Source: Elusimicrobiota bacterium (GTDB taxonomy: Bacteria > Elusimicrobiota > Elusimicrobia > Elusimicrobiales > UBA9959). Taken from it: DNA of 64,000 nucleotides. Both the position numbers and the translations under genes were made by a program. The notes under the pieces were generated by a model. The model saw only the letters and a list, made by a program, of their open reading frames with translations, did not search any database and was not told where the DNA came from. The stretch is from positions 26,840 to 90,839 of the forward strand of contig JAINCQ010000020.1 in the NCBI GenBank assembly GCA_036574205.1. Direction: 5' to 3'. Positions 30,839 through 39,050 of the stretch are shown here, piece after piece (the first letter of the stretch is position 1; every line of letters begins with the position of its first letter).

Positions 30839-31190
30839 CAACAGCGGTAAGCTGTTGCGCGAGGTGAGAACAGCCTTTAGAGCAAAACCTAAACGGTTTT
30901 GCGTGCTGTTCGCAAGGCCGCAGTTTGCCTTGGGCTATGCAGGCAAACGAGGCGGGGTCGCGCAAGCCGTCAGGGCTATGCGTGACAGAACAGCCTTTAG
31001 AGCAAAACCTAAACGGTTTTGCGTGCTGTTCGCAAGGCCGCAGTTTGCCTTGGGCTATGCAGGCAAACGAGGCGGGGTCGCGCAAAGCCCACCAGGCTTA
31101 TGCGTGACTCGAAAGCCCGCAGGCAAACTTGGGCATACAGTTTGCCGAGGGGGAAGGGTTTGAGAAAAATTTTGCAGTGAGCAAAATTTA
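30839..31190. repeat. GC-rich structured repeat array immediately 3' of tRNA-Arg (two 120-bp units plus degenerate flanking hairpins)
   Basis: 30867-30965 is identical to 30987-31085; each unit folds into three hairpins; hand count gives 69/120 GC in one unit. Confidence 0.9.
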
Positions 31191-31220
31191 TTTGTAGAAA
31201 AGTTCCTTTTAAATATTAAA

Positions 31221-31378
31221 ATCCCTTCCCCCTTGATGGGGGAAGGTGAGGATGAGGGTGAAATAATTAAATCTCCTTGCTGATGCTTATGTTTCCTCTC
31301 ACTTGATAGGAGAAGAATAAGGTGAGGGTGAAAAATAAAATCTCCTCACCCTAACCCTCTCCAAAAAAGGAGAGGGAA
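31221..31378. repeat. Three boxC-like purine/pyrimidine-biased palindromic elements
   Basis: CCTTCCCCC-TTGAT-GGGGGAAGG+TGAGGATGAGGGTG (31224-31260); degenerate copy 31293-31333; inverted copy CCTCACCCTAACCCTCTCC-AAAAAA-GGAGAGGG (31344-31376). Confidence 0.75.
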
Positions 31379-31513
31379 TATAACAATTAAACCGTCCCGG
31401 AAGGTAATACTCAAAAGTCTGCAGCAAAATATTTAATACAACAAACCCCATTTTTTTGAATTGCTCATATATTAATGCCTCATAAAACAAGATGTTTTGT
31501 ATAATATTTTAAT

Positions 31514-33538
31514 ATGAAAAATATTTTAGTATTCTTAATCATAGTCTTCCATTATTCTTTTTTAACTGCAGTTGAAGATTTAAACAAAATATATGAGGGA
31601 GCTGTAAATTCTTGGAAACACGGCAGGGTATCAGATGCAATTGGCGGATTTGAATATATTGTTTATAATTCAACAGATGATGATATAACACTCAAGGCAG
31701 GAAGGGAACTGGTAACGCTTTTAAATGAAACGAATGAAAACTCTCTTGCTATCGCATATATAGATAAATTAAAAGCTATTTCCAAAAATGATCCATATCT
31801 TGAATTTGAAAAGGGGATTGCTCTTTATTCCTTAAATAAATATAAACAGGCTGAGGAATCTTTTGATAACATTTTTACTATGACATCAGATGAAGATCTG
31901 ATATTTTTTTCAAGATTTATAAAATCAATGCTTGAAATGGATTTAAGTGGTTATGAAAAAGCATTGGATGAACTTCAGACTGTTTATAAAAGATATCCTG
32001 CGCTTCTTGCGCCGTCAACATATATGGTTTCTTATCTATATAAAAAACTTGGGAAAAAAATGCCAGCTTTAAATTTCTTGAAAGACTCCTTAAAATACGA
32101 TTCTCAAAACATTCAGGCTTTAATAGATTTAGCGCAAATCTATGATGATGCATCTTACTACTTACCTGCCTGGCAGTCATATTTCACATTAAAACAATTA
32201 GACTATACAAATCCATATTTTGAAAAAAAATCTAATAAGCTTATAAAAAAACTTGGGAAAAAACCTGATGAAATATTTTACTGGTCAAGGCTTGGCTGGC
32301 CGGTGCATAACGAACCGCTTAAAAACACAAAAAAACTAACACCATTAAAAATAGGATTATACTGCGATAATTTAAAAAATCTTTCTTACCTTGATTCATT
32401 TTATTTTATATCCAACTCAGATTTTGAAATCTATGATAGTGTTTTAGGTAAAACATTTTCAGGTAAAAAAAATATGCAATATAAAGTTGAGTATATAAAG
32501 TCCAACAGGATATATGAACTTAAAGATAACTCAAATTCAAAACTATACTCCACACGTGTTAATTTTGAAATAAGACTTAAAGATCCAAATGGGGTTATCC
32601 TTATCAAAAACCCATCTATTCTAAAAGATTTCTTTGGGGTTAACAGAAGCGATAAAGAGGTCTCTAATAAGATAGAGATTATCGTTTCAACAACTGGAAT
32701 GAAATTAATAAATCATACTTATTTAGAACATATACTCCCATCAATTGTCTCTTCTATAAAAGGACCAAAAGAAACATATGAGGTTATAAAAGCGCTTACA
32801 ATACTTGTAAGAACAAAATTAACTAAGGATATAACGGAGAAAAAAACATATATACCTGACAATGATGATTTATTTGAATTTAAAGGTTTACAATATGAAA
32901 AAGAACAATATGTATCTGCCATGAATGAGACAGCTGATAGTATTTTGATAGATAAAAATTCATCTATTTACAATGTTTTTTACTCCATAAACGCAGCAGG
33001 AATGACATACTCAAATGTAAATGATAATTCATCAAAACCAGAATATATTACGCCATTTTCACTTTTTAAATGGTTAGCATTTGATTTCTTAAAAAAACCA
33101 GCATACTCTCTTCCCATAGATCAAACCCAGCTTTCTGAAGCTATATGGCTTTTGGTTCTTGAACCAAAATGGATTGAAGATAGGATAAATGAAAAGTATA
33201 AAGTTGGTAAGATAAAAAACATAATAGTTTTAAAAAGAGATGATTTTGGTATAGTAAAATCTATTAAAATAGAAGGGACAGCCGCTGATATTGAAATAAA
33301 TGGAGAAAAGGAGATATCGAGATTTATTTCAGGGGGGGTATTAAGGTCAAATCTTTTTTTTATAAGACCAATTATGAAAGGCAATTTTCCACGCTTTTTT
33401 ATTGTAAGAGGTGCAGGAACAGGTAATTTTAAAGGAATGTGTATATATGGCGCAAATTACCTTGCCAAAAATATGGGCTATAAATATAATCAAATAATAA
33501 GACACTACTTCCCGGATGCAGTATTAAAGGAAAAATGA
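31514..33538 (+). CDS. Exported TPR + degenerate SpoIID/LytB-domain protein
   Basis: Signal peptide, TPR-like helices to ~aa 240, then a SpoIID-like region (EVIKALTILVRT, LRSNLF, YNQIIRHYFP). Confidence 0.75.
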   Translation: MKNILVFLIIVFHYSFLTAVEDLNKIYEGAVNSWKHGRVSDAIGGFEYIVYNSTDDDITLKAGRELVTLLNETNENSLAIAYIDKLKAISKNDPYLEFEKGIALYSLNKYKQAEESFDNIFTMTSDEDLIFFSRFIKSMLEMDLSGYEKALDELQTVYKRYPALLAPSTYMVSYLYKKLGKKMPALNFLKDSLKYDSQNIQALIDLAQIYDDASYYLPAWQSYFTLKQLDYTNPYFEKKSNKLIKKLGKKPDEIFYWSRLGWPVHNEPLKNTKKLTPLKIGLYCDNLKNLSYLDSFYFISNSDFEIYDSVLGKTFSGKKNMQYKVEYIKSNRIYELKDNSNSKLYSTRVNFEIRLKDPNGVILIKNPSILKDFFGVNRSDKEVSNKIEIIVSTTGMKLINHTYLEHILPSIVSSIKGPKETYEVIKALTILVRTKLTKDITEKKTYIPDNDDLFEFKGLQYEKEQYVSAMNETADSILIDKNSSIYNVFYSINAAGMTYSNVNDNSSKPEYITPFSLFKWLAFDFLKKPAYSLPIDQTQLSEAIWLLVLEPKWIEDRINEKYKVGKIKNIIVLKRDDFGIVKSIKIEGTAADIEINGEKEISRFISGGVLRSNLFFIRPIMKGNFPRFFIVRGAGTGNFKGMCIYGANYLAKNMGYKYNQIIRHYFPDAVLKEK

Positions 33539-34674
33539 AAATAATACATGTTATAACAAAATTAGAGCTTGGTGGAGCACAACAAAATACTTTATGGACC
33601 TGTAAAAATTTAGATATAAATAAGTTTGATACTACTCTTGTCTGTGGTAAAGGTGGAATATTAGATAAAGATGCTCAAACTAATGTTTCAAAAATAATAT
33701 TTTCAAAATATTTAGTAAGAGAAATATCACCATTCAAAGATATGATGGCTTTTTTTGAACTATTTTTCATATTTAAAAAGGAAAAGCCTGATATAATACA
33801 TACTCATTCTTCCAAGGCTGGAATAATAGCAAGAATTGCTGCTTTTTTGGCAGGCGTTAAAAAAATTATTCATTCTTATCATGGTTTTGGTTTTAACAAC
33901 TCTCAACCTGCTTTGATAAGGTATTTTTATATATTACTTGAAAAAATTTCTGCTATATATACTGATGCTTTTATATTTGTTTCAAATGATAACATAAAAA
34001 CAGCAATGAAATATAAAATAGGTAATCCAGAACGATATAATTTAATAAGAAGTGGAATAAATCTATCAAAATTTTCAAAAGAAAAAGACTTTTCTTTCCT
34101 TGAAAATCTGGGAATAACAAAAAATAACTCAAAAATAATCTCCACAGTGGCAAATCTAAAGCCTCAAAAAAATCCTCATGATTTTATAAAAATAGCTGAA
34201 CAGATAATCAAAAAAGGGATTGACGCATATTTTATATATGCTGGGGGAGGCAAAAATATAAATTATTTCAGAAAACTGGTTAACGAAATGGGAATTGCCA
34301 CAAGATGCATTTTTGTTGATTGGGTTTCAGAACCATTTAAAGTTTATCGGGCATCAGATATCTTCCTTCTCACTTCTTTGTGGGAAGGACTTCCGCGAAG
34401 TCTTATTGAAGCAATTTGTAGCGGAGTCGTTCCAGTATGTTATAAAACTGATGGGGTTAATGATATAATAATAGATGGAGTAAACGGCTTTATGGTTGAA
34501 CAAAAAGATATTGCTAAAGCATCTTCAATAATAGAAAAACTCATCACAGACAATGAGTTTTATGAAAAGATAAAAAATAATGTATTGAAAACTAATCTTA
34601 ATGAGTTTGATATAGACAATATGGTAAAAAAACAAGAAATTCTTTATACAACTTTGATGGAAGAACATGCCTGA
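33535..34674 (+). CDS. Glycosyltransferase family 4
   Basis: IHVITKLELGGAQ, HTHSSKAG, SLWEGLPRSLIEA. Confidence 0.92.
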   Translation: MKIIHVITKLELGGAQQNTLWTCKNLDINKFDTTLVCGKGGILDKDAQTNVSKIIFSKYLVREISPFKDMMAFFELFFIFKKEKPDIIHTHSSKAGIIARIAAFLAGVKKIIHSYHGFGFNNSQPALIRYFYILLEKISAIYTDAFIFVSNDNIKTAMKYKIGNPERYNLIRSGINLSKFSKEKDFSFLENLGITKNNSKIISTVANLKPQKNPHDFIKIAEQIIKKGIDAYFIYAGGGKNINYFRKLVNEMGIATRCIFVDWVSEPFKVYRASDIFLLTSLWEGLPRSLIEAICSGVVPVCYKTDGVNDIIIDGVNGFMVEQKDIAKASSIIEKLITDNEFYEKIKNNVLKTNLNEFDIDNMVKKQEILYTTLMEEHA

Positions 34675-35605
34675 GATATCAATAATAGTACCAATATATA
34701 ACGAAGCGGAAAATATATCCAATCTTTGTAAGGAGATTGCATCAGTTGAAATTGAAGATTTTGAGGTTTTGCTTGTAGACGATGGTAGCAAAGATGGAGG
34801 ATGGGAATTGATAAAAGAAATTTCAAAAAAAGACAATAGATTTAAAGGAATAAAATTGTCCAGAAACTTTGGACAAACTGCTGCAATTAAAGCCGGGATT
34901 GAAAATGCAAAAGGAGATATAATAGTAACTATGGATGGTGATCTTCAAAACGATCCACAAGATATCCCGACACTTATATCATATGTAAGAAAAGGATATG
35001 ATGTAGCAAGTGGATATAGAAAAAATAGAAAAGACCCGTTTTTAACAAGAGTTTTACCTTCTAAAATTGCAAACTATATAATATCAAAAATAACAGGGAT
35101 TCATCTTAAAGATTATGGCTGCACACTGAAAGCATATAAAAAAGATATATTAAAAAAAATAGATTTATATGGAGAAATGCATAGATTTATACCGGCGCTT
35201 TGTGGATATGCAGGAGCAAATATAATTGAAATTGAAGTAAATCACAGGCCAAGGATGAGGGGAAAATCAAAATATGGGATATCCAGAATATTTAAAGTGA
35301 TTCTGGATTTAATGATAGTCAAGTTTATGGGTAATTTTATAACAAAACCAATTTATTTTTTTGGGTTCTTTTCAATAACATTTATATCTATTTCTTTCGC
35401 TTTTTTTTTGATAACTCTTTATAATAAATGGTATAATAATATTTTTGTGAAAGACCAGCCGCTTTTTTTGGTGGCAATCTTTCTTTCTCTTATAGGAATA
35501 CAGCTTGGACTTATAGGTGTAATAGCTGAGATGCTTACAAGAATTTATTATTCAAAAGAGAAAAAAGATTATTATATAAAAGAGACTACATATGATAAAA
35601 AATGA
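34667..35605 (+). CDS. Glycosyltransferase family 2 (ArnC/GtrB-like polyprenyl-phosphate GT)
   Basis: PIYNE, VDDGSKD, RNFGQ, DGDLQNDP, two C-terminal TM helices. Confidence 0.92.
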   Translation: MPEISIIVPIYNEAENISNLCKEIASVEIEDFEVLLVDDGSKDGGWELIKEISKKDNRFKGIKLSRNFGQTAAIKAGIENAKGDIIVTMDGDLQNDPQDIPTLISYVRKGYDVASGYRKNRKDPFLTRVLPSKIANYIISKITGIHLKDYGCTLKAYKKDILKKIDLYGEMHRFIPALCGYAGANIIEIEVNHRPRMRGKSKYGISRIFKVILDLMIVKFMGNFITKPIYFFGFFSITFISISFAFFLITLYNKWYNNIFVKDQPLFLVAIFLSLIGIQLGLIGVIAEMLTRIYYSKEKKDYYIKETTYDKK

Positions 35606-36065
35606 ATTTATTTATGATTTTAAAAAAATATTCGAAAATGGAGGACTGTGCGAATCATTTGATATTAATATCGATTCATTCAAAGATTCTTTCAGCAATA
35701 TGGTTCAACCTGAAAATATTTATGTGGAAATTGTTTTCTCTGTTTTAGACAATTCTATATCTTTAAAAGGTAGAATAGAAGCTTCGGTCAAGCAATTATG
35801 TTCAAGATGTGGAATGCCTTTCAAAACTGTTTTAAAAGGTGATTTTGAAGATCTATATCCTACAGGTAATAATGAAATTGATATACAACCTTTGATAAGG
35901 GAAGCATTGACATTAAGCGAACCTATGAAAGCCATATGTTCTCCCAATTGCAAGATGCAACATCTTGAGTATTTTGACTATAAAAGATTTGATATAAACG
36001 CTGAAAAACAAGGAGCTTATTATGCCAAATCCAAAACGAAAACACACAAGATCCAGAAGAGATAA
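35592..36065 (+). CDS. yceD: YceD/DUF177 family protein
   Basis: CSRC, IREALTLSEPMKAICSPNC; upstream of rpmF. Confidence 0.8.
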   Translation: MIKNEFIYDFKKIFENGGLCESFDINIDSFKDSFSNMVQPENIYVEIVFSVLDNSISLKGRIEASVKQLCSRCGMPFKTVLKGDFEDLYPTGNNEIDIQPLIREALTLSEPMKAICSPNCKMQHLEYFDYKRFDINAEKQGAYYAKSKTKTHKIQKR

Positions 36066-36231
36066 AAGAAAATATCAGAGCTGGAAACTTGAATTAACAA
36101 ATCTTTCCGTCTGTCCCAATTGTGGAGCTCTTAAAAAGCCGCATATTGTCTGCCCTTCATGTGGTTATTACAAGGGTAAGATAGTTATAAGCAAAAAGGA
36201 TAAAAGCAAAGAAAACAAAGAAAACAAATAA
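36022..36231 (+). CDS. rpmF: 50S ribosomal protein L32
   Basis: MPNPKRKHTRSRRDKR, CPNCG...PHIVCPSCGYY. Confidence 0.97.
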   Translation: MPNPKRKHTRSRRDKRKYQSWKLELTNLSVCPNCGALKKPHIVCPSCGYYKGKIVISKKDKSKENKENK

Positions 36232-36246
36232 ATAGTCTATAAACCT

Positions 36247-37281
36247 ATGAAAATAGCTATAGATGCTCATGGTGGAGATTTTGGAATAAAACCTAATATT
36301 GAGGCAAGCATTAGGGCAGTAAAGGAATTGGATGTAGAAATAGCTATTGTCGGAAAAGACTCAGAAATAAGAGATGAATTCAAAAAAATAGGTTTCTCCA
36401 ATTTACCACCCAGGATAACAATAGTAAATTCAACAGAAGTAATAGATATGGGAAAAGAGCCTGTTGAAGAATGCAAACTTAAGCCAGATTCATCTATTAT
36501 GGTAGGATGTGAACTTGTCTCTTCAAAAAAAGCTGATGCGTTTATATCCGCCGGGAATTCAGGAGCCATAATGGTGGCTTCATTACTTAAAATAGGGAGA
36601 ATAAAAGGTGTTGCAAGACCCGCAATAGCTGTTTCATTCCCTACCGAAAAAGGCTTTTCGCTTCTTCTTGATGCTGGTGCAAATATGGATTGTCGTCCTT
36701 ATCATATGTTTCAATTTGCAATAATGGGAAGTATATATGTAAAAAATATAATGGGGATAGAAAAACCAAAAGTGGGAATACTCTCAATAGGTGAAGAGGA
36801 GACAAAAGGAAATTCAATAGTTATAGAAACAATTGGATTGCTTAAAAATTGTTCTTCGATTGATTTCTATGGTCCTATTGAAGGAAGAGATATACCCTAT
36901 CAGATAGTGGATGTTATAGTTACTGACGGTTTTACTGGCAATATAGTATTAAAACTTTCTGAGGGATTGGCACGTTTTTTGTTTTCAAATATCAAAAAGG
37001 AAATAGACAAAAAATGGTTTTACAAAATCGGTGCTCTTATTCTTAAGAAAATATTTGTTGAACTAAAGAAAAAATCCGATCCTGATGAGTTTGGTGGAGC
37101 ACCTCTGCTTGGAATAGATGGGATAGTCATTGTTAGCCATGGCAAATCTTCTTCCTACGCAATGTTTAACGCAATCAAAAATGCAAAAAATCTTATATCT
37201 CAAAATATTATAGAAAAAATAAAAAGTGAAATAGCAAAAACCCTTGAGGGAACAAAAACAGTAGTTTTATCAGAAGATTAG
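36247..37281 (+). CDS. plsX: Phosphate acyltransferase
   Basis: IAIDAHGGD, SAGNSGA, LDAGAN, DGFTGN, GGAPLLG. Confidence 0.96.
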   Translation: MKIAIDAHGGDFGIKPNIEASIRAVKELDVEIAIVGKDSEIRDEFKKIGFSNLPPRITIVNSTEVIDMGKEPVEECKLKPDSSIMVGCELVSSKKADAFISAGNSGAIMVASLLKIGRIKGVARPAIAVSFPTEKGFSLLLDAGANMDCRPYHMFQFAIMGSIYVKNIMGIEKPKVGILSIGEEETKGNSIVIETIGLLKNCSSIDFYGPIEGRDIPYQIVDVIVTDGFTGNIVLKLSEGLARFLFSNIKKEIDKKWFYKIGALILKKIFVELKKKSDPDEFGGAPLLGIDGIVIVSHGKSSSYAMFNAIKNAKNLISQNIIEKIKSEIAKTLEGTKTVVLSED

Positions 37282-37289
37282 GAGAATAA

Positions 37290-38033
37290 ATGGAAATACT
37301 CAAAGGAAAGGTTGCAATAATCACAGGGGCCGCCTCCGGAATAGGAAAGAGAATTGCGGAAAAATTTGCAGAAAGCAAGGCTAATCTAGTTCTTACTGAC
37401 ATAAATGATGATATCAAAGTTAGAGCGGAAGAATTAGCTAAAAATTACTCTATTTCAGCAATAGGATTAAAGCATAATGTTTCTATTGAACAGCAATGTA
37501 AAGAGGTTGTTGAAAAAACTATTGAGATTTTTAAAAAAATAGATATATTGATAAATAATGCAGGCATTACCCGGGATGGTTTAGCAATAAAAATGAAAGA
37601 AGAAGATTTTGACAGTGTAATATCGGTCAATTTAAAAGGTCCATTTCTTATGTCAAAACATTCATTTGTTTATATGTCAAAGCAAAGAAGCGGAAAGATA
37701 GTAAACATTTCTTCAATAGTTGGACAGACAGGACAGGCTGGACAGGCAAACTATTCAGCATCAAAGGCTGGACTTATAGGGCTTACAAAATCCCTTGCGA
37801 GAGAATTTGCAAGAAGGAATATTAATGTAAATGCAATTGCTCCAGGATTTATAGCCACAAAAATGACAGAAAAGTTAGATGAAAAAGCTATTTCAACAAT
37901 TATACAACAAATACCACTTCAAAGACTTGGTACGGTTGATGATGTGGCAAACCTTGCGCTTTTTTTATCATCGGATGAAAGCTCATACATAACAGGGCAG
38001 GTAATAGGGGTTAATGGTGGACTTTATATGTAA
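37290..38033 (+). CDS. fabG: 3-oxoacyl-ACP reductase
   Basis: TGAASGIG, NNAGITRD, YSASK, APGFI. Confidence 0.93.
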   Translation: MEILKGKVAIITGAASGIGKRIAEKFAESKANLVLTDINDDIKVRAEELAKNYSISAIGLKHNVSIEQQCKEVVEKTIEIFKKIDILINNAGITRDGLAIKMKEEDFDSVISVNLKGPFLMSKHSFVYMSKQRSGKIVNISSIVGQTGQAGQANYSASKAGLIGLTKSLAREFARRNINVNAIAPGFIATKMTEKLDEKAISTIIQQIPLQRLGTVDDVANLALFLSSDESSYITGQVIGVNGGLYM

Positions 38034-38099
38034 TTTTTTGCGATATATATTCTAAAAAAGGTATAATAATATTTTATATTAAAAGGGAGGAAAAAAAAG

Positions 38100-38351
38100 A
38101 TGGCGATGACAAGAGAAAATATAGCAGAGGAGATAAAAAAGCTTATATCGGAATCAATCTCTACCGATATAAACGAAATAAAAGAAGATTCTAAATTTGT
38201 TGATGATCTGGGAGCAGATTCATTAGATATAGTAGAGCTTGTTATGGCGATGGAAACAAAGTTTGATATTGAAATACCGGATGAAGATGCTCAAAAAATA
38301 AAAACAGTGGGAGAAGCAATAGACTATATCTCCAAAAAACTTTCCAAATAA
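38100..38351 (+). CDS. acpP: Acyl carrier protein
   Basis: [14 protein letters not shown]. Confidence 0.97.
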   Translation: MAMTRENIAEEIKKLISESISTDINEIKEDSKFVDDLGADSLDIVELVMAMETKFDIEIPDEDAQKIKTVGEAIDYISKKLSK

Positions 38352-38357
38352 GTCAAG

Positions 38358-39029
38358 ATGTTTTTTGATTATAGCGAATTGGAAAAGAGGATAGGGTATT
38401 TTTTTAAAGACAAAAAATTGATAGACAAATCTTTAACTCATAAATCATATTCAATAGAAAGGAAAATTCTTTATAATAATGAAAGGCTTGAATTCCTTGG
38501 AGACAGCGTTATAGGTCTTATAGTTTCAGAATATTTAATCAAAAAATATTCCGAAAAAGATGAAGGATATCTTTCTAAAATAAAATCCTATATGGTTTCT
38601 TCAAAAAATCTTTATAAATGGGCAAAAACAATAGAATTGGATAAATACATAAAACTTTCAAAAAGTGAAATTTCAAGCGGTGGTAGGCTTAACTCAAAGT
38701 TAATAGCAAATGCTTTTGAAGCATTTATAGGAGCGATATATCTGGATGGCGGGTTTGAATATGCCAAAAAATTTATAGAAAGATTAATAAAAGAGACAGG
38801 TAGTTTTTTGCCATCCGATTATAAATCAGAAATTCAGGAATATTGTCAGAAAAGATACAAAACCCTTCCCTACTACAAGTTAATTTCTCAAACAGGGCCC
38901 GATCATGAAAAACTTTTTAAAATCGCCCTTTTTATAAATAATCAGAAAATATCCGAGGGGGAAGGGGCAAGCAAAAAAGAAGCAGAACAGGATGCTGCCA
39001 GAAAAGCTATTATTGCCATAGGATTATAA
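38358..39029 (+). CDS. rnc: Ribonuclease III
   Basis: NERLEFLGDS, FEAFIGAIYLD, C-terminal dsRBD. Confidence 0.96.
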   Translation: MFFDYSELEKRIGYFFKDKKLIDKSLTHKSYSIERKILYNNERLEFLGDSVIGLIVSEYLIKKYSEKDEGYLSKIKSYMVSSKNLYKWAKTIELDKYIKLSKSEISSGGRLNSKLIANAFEAFIGAIYLDGGFEYAKKFIERLIKETGSFLPSDYKSEIQEYCQKRYKTLPYYKLISQTGPDHEKLFKIALFINNQKISEGEGASKKEAEQDAARKAIIAIGL

Positions 39030-39050
39030 GAATACTATTTTGGAGGAATT

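Noticed and set aside
30867..31108. Possible CRISPR array
   Set aside because: The 99-bp repeat is far too long, there are only two copies, the intervening parts are similar hairpins rather than unique spacers, and no cas genes are present
30816..31163. ORFs of 112, 89 and 60 aa across the structured repeat
   Set aside because: They overlap the tRNA end or lie in the repeat, have no RBS and atypical GC; frames stay open because the unit is GC-rich with a period divisible by 3
31299..31490. 63-aa minus-strand ORF
   Set aside because: PSPFLERVRVR/PSPYSSP is the translation of the boxC-like palindromes
30753..31513. Genomic island or prophage integrated at tRNA-Arg
   Set aside because: No integrase and no direct repeat of the tRNA 3' end seen; housekeeping-like genes resume at 31514
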